From Vibrio cholerae ATCC 14035 (GTDB taxonomy: Bacteria > Pseudomonadota > Gammaproteobacteria > Enterobacterales > Vibrionaceae): a stretch of DNA of 32,000 nt. The notes beneath the pieces were generated by a model that had not been told where the DNA came from, made no database searches, and worked only from the letters and a program-made list of their open reading frames with translations. The stretch lies in contig NZ_KK211322.1 in the NCBI RefSeq assembly GCF_000621645.1, positions 171,717 to 203,716 of the forward strand, in the 5' to 3' direction. Shown in pieces: positions 26,762-32,000 of the stretch. The number at the start of each line of letters is the position of its first letter. The first letter of the stretch is position 1. A program made the translations under genes and the position numbers.

Positions 26762-29611
26762 ATGAGTGAGTATAAAGATACCCTGAACCTTCCTGAAACA
26801 GGGTTTCCAATGCGCGGCGATCTGGCCAAACGCGAGCCAGAAATGCTGCAACGTTGGTATCAAGAAGACCTGTACGGTGCGATCCGTCAGGCTAAAAAAG
26901 GCAAAAAATCTTTCGTATTACACGATGGCCCTCCTTACGCCAACGGTGATATTCATATTGGCCACGCTCTGAACAAGATTCTTAAAGACGTCATTATTAA
27001 ATCGAAAACCCTGTCAGGTTTTGATGCGCCTTATATTCCGGGTTGGGATTGCCACGGTCTACCGATCGAATTGATGGTAGAGAAGAAAGTGGGCAAGCCG
27101 GGGCAAAAAGTCACCGCGGCCGAATTTCGTGAAAAGTGTCGCGAATACGCGGCAGGCCAAGTGGAAGGCCAAAAAGAGAGCTTTAAGCGTCTTGGTATTC
27201 TGGGCGAGTGGGATAAGCCTTATCGCACGATGGACTTCGTAACCGAAGCCAACATCATCCGTGCACTAGGCAAAATTGCTGATAACGGCCACTTGCTGAA
27301 AGGTTTTAAACCGGTTCACTGGTGTACCGACTGTGGTTCAGCACTGGCTGAAGCGGAAGTCGAGTACAAAAACAAAGTTTCTCCTTCGATTGACGTTCGT
27401 TTTAAAGCCGCTGATGAAGCCGCTGTGCTGGCTAAGTTTGGTCTGGCTGCTGGCCATGAAGGCAAAGGCGATGTGTCGATTGTGATCTGGACAACCACAC
27501 CTTGGACACTGCCAGCTAACCGCGCGGTATGTCTGCGTGCAGATTTAGAATACGTACTGATCCAAGTTGAAGGTGAGCAACCAGAGCGCATTATCGTGGC
27601 TTCTGAGCTGGCAAAATCGGTGATGGATCGCGCGGGCATTGAACACTTCCATAACCTTGGTTTCGCAACTGGTGCCGATCTTGAATTGGTACAGTTCCAA
27701 CATCCATTCTACTCCTTCACTGTGCCTGCCATTTTAGGCGATCACGTGACGACCGATTCTGGTACGGGTGTGGTACATACTGCGCCGGGTCATGGTCAAG
27801 AAGACTTTGCCGTTGGTCAACAGTACGGTTTGGAAGTGGCAAACCCTGTAGGTTCAAACGGCGTATATCTGCCAGACACTGAGCTGTTTGCGGGTCAACA
27901 TGTATTTAAAGCCAACGATTCTGTGTTGGAAGTGCTGAAAGAAAAAGGCGCGTTGTTGCATCATCACGCGTATGAGCACAGCTACCCACACTGCTGGCGT
28001 CATAAAACGCCGATCATCTTCCGTGCGACACCACAATGGTTTGTCTCTATGGAACAAGCGGGTCTACGTGAACAAGCTCTGACGGCAATTAAAGGCGTAC
28101 ATTGGATGCCGGATTGGGGTCAAAGCCGTATCGAAGGTATGGTGGCAGGTCGCCCTGAGTGGTGTATCTCTCGTCAACGTACTTGGGGCGTGCCGATTGC
28201 ACTGTTCGTGCACAAAGAAACCGCCGAACTGCATCCAAACAGCGCTGATCTGATTGAGAAAGTGGCGCAACTGGTTGAGCAAAAAGGTATTCAAGCATGG
28301 TGGGATCTCGATACTGCGGAACTGCTTGGCGCTGAAGATGCGGCCAACTATGAAAAAGTGCTGGATACGCTAGATGTATGGTTTGACTCAGGGGTGACTC
28401 ACTCTGCGGTTGTGGATGCACGTCAAGAATTCAACGGCGCAGAAGCGGATATGTACCTAGAAGGTTCTGACCAACACCGCGGCTGGTTCCAATCATCCCT
28501 CATCTCTTCGGTGGCGATGAAAAGCAAAGCGCCTTACAAAGAAGTATTGACGCACGGTTTCGTGGTTGATGGCCAAGGCCGCAAGATGTCGAAATCGATC
28601 GGTAACGTGGTTGCTCCACAAGATGTGACCAACAAGCTGGGTGCGGATATTCTGCGTCTATGGGTGGCGTCAACCGATTACACTGGCGAAGTGGCGGTTT
28701 CAGATGAGATCCTTAAGCGTTCTGCGGATGCGTACCGTCGTATTCGTAACACCGCACGTTTCTTCTTGGCGAACCTGAACGGCTTCAACCCAACCACAGA
28801 CATCATTCCTGTTGAAGACATGGTGGCGTTGGATCGTTGGGCTGTCGGTCGTGCACTGGCCGCGCAACAAGAGATCATTCAAGCGTATCAGGATTACAAC
28901 CTGCACGCAGTGGTACAGCGTTTGATGAACTTCTGCTCAATCGAGATGGGATCTTTCTATCTAGATGTGATCAAAGACCGTCAATACACAGCCAAACGTG
29001 GTGGTCATGCACAGCGTAGCTGTCAAACCGCTCTGTTCTTCATTGTGGAAGCTCTGGTTCGTTGGATGGCGCCTATCATGTCATTCACCGCTGATGAAAT
29101 TTGGAACGCAATGCCAGCACAGCAAGCTGACGGCAGCGCACGTGACAAGTTCGTGTTTACCACGGAATGGTTTGATGGCCTGTTTGGTTTGGCAGAAGGC
29201 GAAGAGCTAAATAACGCATTCTGGAATGATATTCAGAAAGTGCGTGGCTCAGTCAACAAACTGCTGGAAAACGCTCGTAACGAAAAACTGATCGGTGGTT
29301 CACTGCAAGCAGAATTAGTGCTGTTTGCTGATGATGCATTGGCGAGTAAGCTAGCGAAACTGGGCGATGAGCTGCGTTTCGTGCTGCTGACTTCAAAAGC
29401 CGTGGTGAAACCACTGGCTGAGAAGAGCGAGGCTGCACAGGCGACCGATATTGATGGCTTGTTTGTTCAAGTGAACAAAACTGAAGCTGAGAAGTGCGAT
29501 CGCTGTTGGCACCACACCCCTGATGTAGGCACGATTGCAGGTCACACCACCATTTGTGGTCGTTGCGTGTCTAACGTTGAGGGTGAAGGCGAAGTACGCA
29601 AATTTGCGTAA
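26762..29611 (+). CDS. ileS: Isoleucine--tRNA ligase
   Basis: 949 aa with the class I HIGH motif ([15 protein letters not shown]) and KMSKS. C-terminal Zn-finger cysteines (CDRCWHH...CGRC). Confidence 0.97.
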   Translation: MSEYKDTLNLPETGFPMRGDLAKREPEMLQRWYQEDLYGAIRQAKKGKKSFVLHDGPPYANGDIHIGHALNKILKDVIIKSKTLSGFDAPYIPGWDCHGLPIELMVEKKVGKPGQKVTAAEFREKCREYAAGQVEGQKESFKRLGILGEWDKPYRTMDFVTEANIIRALGKIADNGHLLKGFKPVHWCTDCGSALAEAEVEYKNKVSPSIDVRFKAADEAAVLAKFGLAAGHEGKGDVSIVIWTTTPWTLPANRAVCLRADLEYVLIQVEGEQPERIIVASELAKSVMDRAGIEHFHNLGFATGADLELVQFQHPFYSFTVPAILGDHVTTDSGTGVVHTAPGHGQEDFAVGQQYGLEVANPVGSNGVYLPDTELFAGQHVFKANDSVLEVLKEKGALLHHHAYEHSYPHCWRHKTPIIFRATPQWFVSMEQAGLREQALTAIKGVHWMPDWGQSRIEGMVAGRPEWCISRQRTWGVPIALFVHKETAELHPNSADLIEKVAQLVEQKGIQAWWDLDTAELLGAEDAANYEKVLDTLDVWFDSGVTHSAVVDARQEFNGAEADMYLEGSDQHRGWFQSSLISSVAMKSKAPYKEVLTHGFVVDGQGRKMSKSIGNVVAPQDVTNKLGADILRLWVASTDYTGEVAVSDEILKRSADAYRRIRNTARFFLANLNGFNPTTDIIPVEDMVALDRWAVGRALAAQQEIIQAYQDYNLHAVVQRLMNFCSIEMGSFYLDVIKDRQYTAKRGGHAQRSCQTALFFIVEALVRWMAPIMSFTADEIWNAMPAQQADGSARDKFVFTTEWFDGLFGLAEGEELNNAFWNDIQKVRGSVNKLLENARNEKLIGGSLQAELVLFADDALASKLAKLGDELRFVLLTSKAVVKPLAEKSEAAQATDIDGLFVQVNKTEAEKCDRCWHHTPDVGTIAGHTTICGRCVSNVEGEGEVRKFA

Positions 29612-29626
29612 TTCAGGCTAACCATC

Positions 29627-30142
29627 ATGTCGAATTCGTCTCTGACTCTTAAACAATCTGGATTGCGCTGGCTGTGGCTGGCGCTTCTGGTTTTCATTGC
29701 TGACATCACGATCAAGTTAATTGTGATGGATAACATGGGCTATGGTTGGGCAAACCGTATTGAGGTGCTGCCTTTCTTTAACCTGCTGTATGTGCATAAC
29801 TATGGCGCGGCTTTTAGCTTTCTGAGCGATCAGGAAGGGTGGCAGCGCTGGCTATTTACGGGTATTGCCTTTGTGGTCACCGGCATGCTCGCTTACTGGA
29901 TGCGTCGTCTTCCGGCGAGTGATAAGTGGAACAATATTGCCTACGCACTGATCATCGGTGGTGCCGTGGGCAATGTGTTCGATCGCATCGTGCATGGTTT
30001 TGTGGTCGATTATCTCGATTTTTACTGGGGAACCTACCACTGGCCAGCATTCAATCTGGCCGACAGTACGATCTGTATCGGTGCAGCGATGATTATTCTC
30101 GATGGTTTTCGCGCTAAGAAAAGTGCGCCAAGTCAGTCTTAG
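29627..30142 (+). CDS. lspA: Lipoprotein signal peptidase (signal peptidase II)
   Basis: 171-aa 4-TM protein with ..NYGAAFSFL.. and ..VVDYLDFY....WPAFNLADS.. signatures. Sits directly downstream of ileS, as in E. coli. Confidence 0.94.
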   Translation: MSNSSLTLKQSGLRWLWLALLVFIADITIKLIVMDNMGYGWANRIEVLPFFNLLYVHNYGAAFSFLSDQEGWQRWLFTGIAFVVTGMLAYWMRRLPASDKWNNIAYALIIGGAVGNVFDRIVHGFVVDYLDFYWGTYHWPAFNLADSTICIGAAMIILDGFRAKKSAPSQS

Positions 30143-30189
30143 TGCTCTGCATTGCGCCGTAAAGCAAAGACACTGCGGCAAATAACCAC

Positions 30190-30222
30190 AAGCGCCGTCC
30201 GTTGATTCGGAGGGCGCTTTTT
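30190..30222 (+). terminator. Terminator-like hairpin between lspA and fkpB
   Basis: AGCGCCGTCCG (30191-30201) pairs with CGGAGGGCGCT (30208-30218) at 10 of 11 bp, followed by TTTTT. It may attenuate rather than fully terminate the ileS-lspA-fkpB-ispH transcript. Confidence 0.5.
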
Positions 30223-30304
30223 ACTATAAAGGCTGGCATCAGCGCCCGCCCGTCTCCGCTAAAGTGAAGCGGCGTTCGTTAAACAATAACAAGGTAGTGA
30301 TAAC

Positions 30305-30739
30305 GTGAACTCTATTGCCTCTAACTCTGCAGTTACCCTGCATTTTACGATCAAGCTTAAGGACGGCTCTGTTGCCGACAGTACCCATAATCAAGGAAAA
30401 CCGGCCAAGCTAGTGATGGGCGATGGTAGCCTGAGCCCCAATTTCGAGCAGTGTTTACTCGGAATGTTGCCGGGCGAGAAAAAATCGGTCGCTTTAGCGG
30501 CGCAAGATGCGTTTGGGGCGCCCAATCCAGATCATGTCCATTACATGGATCGCAGTAAGTTTCTTGGTGGTGATCTGCAGTTAGAGGTCGGAACCATTAT
30601 GGCTTTCAGTGGCCCTGACGGAATGGAAATTCCCGGAATCATCACGGAGATTGCCGGTGACTCAGTTACTGTCGATTTCAATCACCCATTGGCAGGGCAA
30701 GACATCACCTTTGATGTTGAGATCTTGTCTGTTGAGTGA
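30305..30739 (+). CDS. fkpB: FKBP-type peptidyl-prolyl cis-trans isomerase FkpB (SlpA)
   Basis: 144 aa, collinear with remembered E. coli FkpB (..SNSAV.VHFT.KL.DG...ST.N.GKPA.. and ..GDS.TVDFNHPLAGQ...FD.E.L). GTG start with AAGG upstream. Confidence 0.9.
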   Translation: MNSIASNSAVTLHFTIKLKDGSVADSTHNQGKPAKLVMGDGSLSPNFEQCLLGMLPGEKKSVALAAQDAFGAPNPDHVHYMDRSKFLGGDLQLEVGTIMAFSGPDGMEIPGIITEIAGDSVTVDFNHPLAGQDITFDVEILSVE

Positions 30740-30773
30740 GTTTCCTTACAATAGCCAACCATAACGACTAGCA

Positions 30774-31736
30774 ATGAGCAAACCAATGAAAATACTGTTA
30801 GCCAACCCTCGCGGTTTCTGCGCGGGTGTGGATCGCGCGATCAGCATTGTTGAGCGTGCGCTGGAGCTTTATCAGCCGCCGATTTATGTGCGTCATGAAG
30901 TGGTGCACAACCGCTTTGTGGTCGAGGGTTTAAAGCAGCGTGGAGCCCGCTTTGTTGAGGAATTAAATGAAGTTCCCGACGATAACATTGTGATTTTTTC
31001 GGCTCATGGCGTGTCGCAAGCAGTTCGCCAAGAAGCGAAAGAGCGTTCACTGACGGTATTTGATGCGACTTGTCCACTGGTGACTAAAGTGCATATGGAA
31101 GTGGCGCGTGCCAGTCGCAAACATATGGAAGTAGTGTTGATTGGTCATGCTGGCCATCCTGAAGTGGAAGGCACGATGGGGCAGTATGCCAGTGATACAG
31201 GCGGCATGTATCTGGTCGAAAAGCCAGAAGATGTCGTATCACTGCAAGCTAAGGTGAAAGATCCAAGTAACCTGCACTATGTGAGCCAAACAACGTTGTC
31301 AGTCGATGAAACTGCGGATGTGATTGATGAGCTGCGCCGTGTATTTCCGAAGATCCAAGGCCCGCGTAAAGATGACATCTGTTATGCCACCCAAAACCGT
31401 CAAGATGCGGTGCGTATCTTGGCTGAGCAAGTCGATGTGATGGTGGTGGTGGGCTCGAAAAACTCATCGAACTCGACTCGATTAAAGGAGTTGGCTGAGA
31501 AGTTGGGCACTCCCGGTTACTTGATTGATTGCCCACAGGATATCGACCCTGGGGGGTTCGTTGATGCGCAGTTAATTGGGGTGACTGCGGGCGCTTCGGC
31601 ACCAGAAGAGTTGGTAAACCAAATCTTGGAACGCATCAAAGAGCTCGGCGCAACGTCAGTAGAAGAGGTGCTTGGCCGCGAAGAGAACATGTTCTTTGAA
31701 GTGCCTAAAGAGCTGCAAATTAAGCAAGTCGACTAG
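30774..31736 (+). CDS. ispH: 4-hydroxy-3-methylbut-2-enyl diphosphate reductase
   Basis: [23 protein letters not shown].., ..[12 protein letters not shown].., ..[10 protein letters not shown].., ..ICYAT.NRQ.., ..GSKNSSNS.. are nearly identical to remembered E. coli IspH. The start is ATG 30774 or ATG 30786 (MKILLANP). Confidence 0.96.
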   Translation: MSKPMKILLANPRGFCAGVDRAISIVERALELYQPPIYVRHEVVHNRFVVEGLKQRGARFVEELNEVPDDNIVIFSAHGVSQAVRQEAKERSLTVFDATCPLVTKVHMEVARASRKHMEVVLIGHAGHPEVEGTMGQYASDTGGMYLVEKPEDVVSLQAKVKDPSNLHYVSQTTLSVDETADVIDELRRVFPKIQGPRKDDICYATQNRQDAVRILAEQVDVMVVVGSKNSSNSTRLKELAEKLGTPGYLIDCPQDIDPGGFVDAQLIGVTAGASAPEELVNQILERIKELGATSVEEVLGREENMFFEVPKELQIKQVD

Positions 31737-31744
31737 TCATTTCG

Positions 31745-31774
31745 CCATCCATCTTGTGAATCCAAAATGGATGG
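31745..31774 (+). terminator. Hairpin immediately after ispH
   Basis: CCATCCAT (31745-31752) pairs with ATGGATGG (31767-31774) around a 14-nt loop, followed by TTTCTTT. Confidence 0.4.
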
Positions 31775-31813
31775 TTTCTTTGCAATTTCTTTGCAAAGGG
31801 ATATCGCACAAAA

Positions 31814-31847
31814 AAATGGCTCCCAGATTGGGAGCCATTTTCGTTTT
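31814..31847. terminator. Bidirectional rho-independent terminator between ispH and the convergent right-edge gene
   Basis: AAATGGCTCCCA (31814-31825), loop GAT, TGGGAGCCATTT (31829-31840). An A-run lies upstream and TTTCGTTTT downstream. Confidence 0.85.
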
Positions 31848-31872
31848 CAATCAGGTGATTGAAGCGTTGAGA

Positions 31873-32000
31873 TTAAGCGGTTTTCGTCACGCCTTGTGGT
31901 TTCTCTTCATCGGCAAGATCGGTTTCCCCTTTGCCTTTGGATACTTTCGCTACGTAAGCCAGAGCCCCCAGAGAAGCCAGTACACCTGCAATGGTTGAAA
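31873..32000 (-). CDS. 3' end of an unidentified gene (probable membrane protein C-terminus), partial
   Basis: Reverse-strand translation ends ..STIAGVLASLGALAYVAKVSKGKGETDLADEEKPQGVTKTA-stop (TAA at 31875..31873). This is a hydrophobic helix followed by a charged tail. Only about 42 codons are visible, so there is no family call. Confidence 0.4.
   Translation of the reverse strand, partial: STIAGVLASLGALAYVAKVSKGKGETDLADEEKPQGVTKTA

Noticed and set aside
31672-31998. 108-aa + strand ORF at the right edge.
   Set aside because: It starts inside the ispH 3' end in another frame, reads through two terminator hairpins, and is antisense to the convergent gene's C-terminus.
1-32000. Scan for CRISPR repeats, tRNA/rRNA, IS/transposase/integrase genes, prophage or defence-island content, and long direct or inverted repeats.
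   Set aside because: None was seen. Every ORF over 100 aa that is not a shadow frame is accounted for by a conserved housekeeping or known regulatory gene, and gene order follows a conserved core layout. I do not claim a novel multi-gene system here.

Overview
This window reads as a core housekeeping stretch of Vibrio cholerae chromosome 1. I recognise it from VpsR, HlyU, NptA and the gene order, roughly VC0658 to VC0686 from memory; no search was possible. About 25 protein genes are present. In order they are a GGDEF-EAL protein (truncated at the left edge), prfC, srmB, yfiC/trmN6, brnQ, prfB (with its programmed +1 frameshift) and lysS. These are followed by vpsR, a small DUF1127-like gene, a tas-like aldo-keto reductase and mutH. 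Next come rppH-ptsP, a TSUP membrane protein, lgt-thyA, nptA, nhaR, hlyU, rpsT, then murJ-ribF-ileS-lspA-fkpB-ispH and the 3' end of a convergent gene. Most convergent gene pairs are separated by clear bidirectional rho-independent terminators. I found no rRNA, tRNA, CRISPR array, IS element, integrase, prophage or recognisable defence, toxin or secretion module, and no novel multi-gene system. Four observations deserve a second look. (1) hlyU is split by a 1-nt frame change in an A6 homopolymer. (2) The 630-bp mutH-rppH intergenic region carries a DnaA-box cluster in the position where E. coli has DARS2. (3) An unannotated 38-codon ORF with a strong SD sits upstream of a DUF1127-like gene, just downstream of vpsR. 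(4) An orphan nhaR is divergent from the Na+/Pi cotransporter gene nptA, with a T-N11-A dyad between them. All functional calls rest on my own reading of the translated motifs and on remembered homologues.
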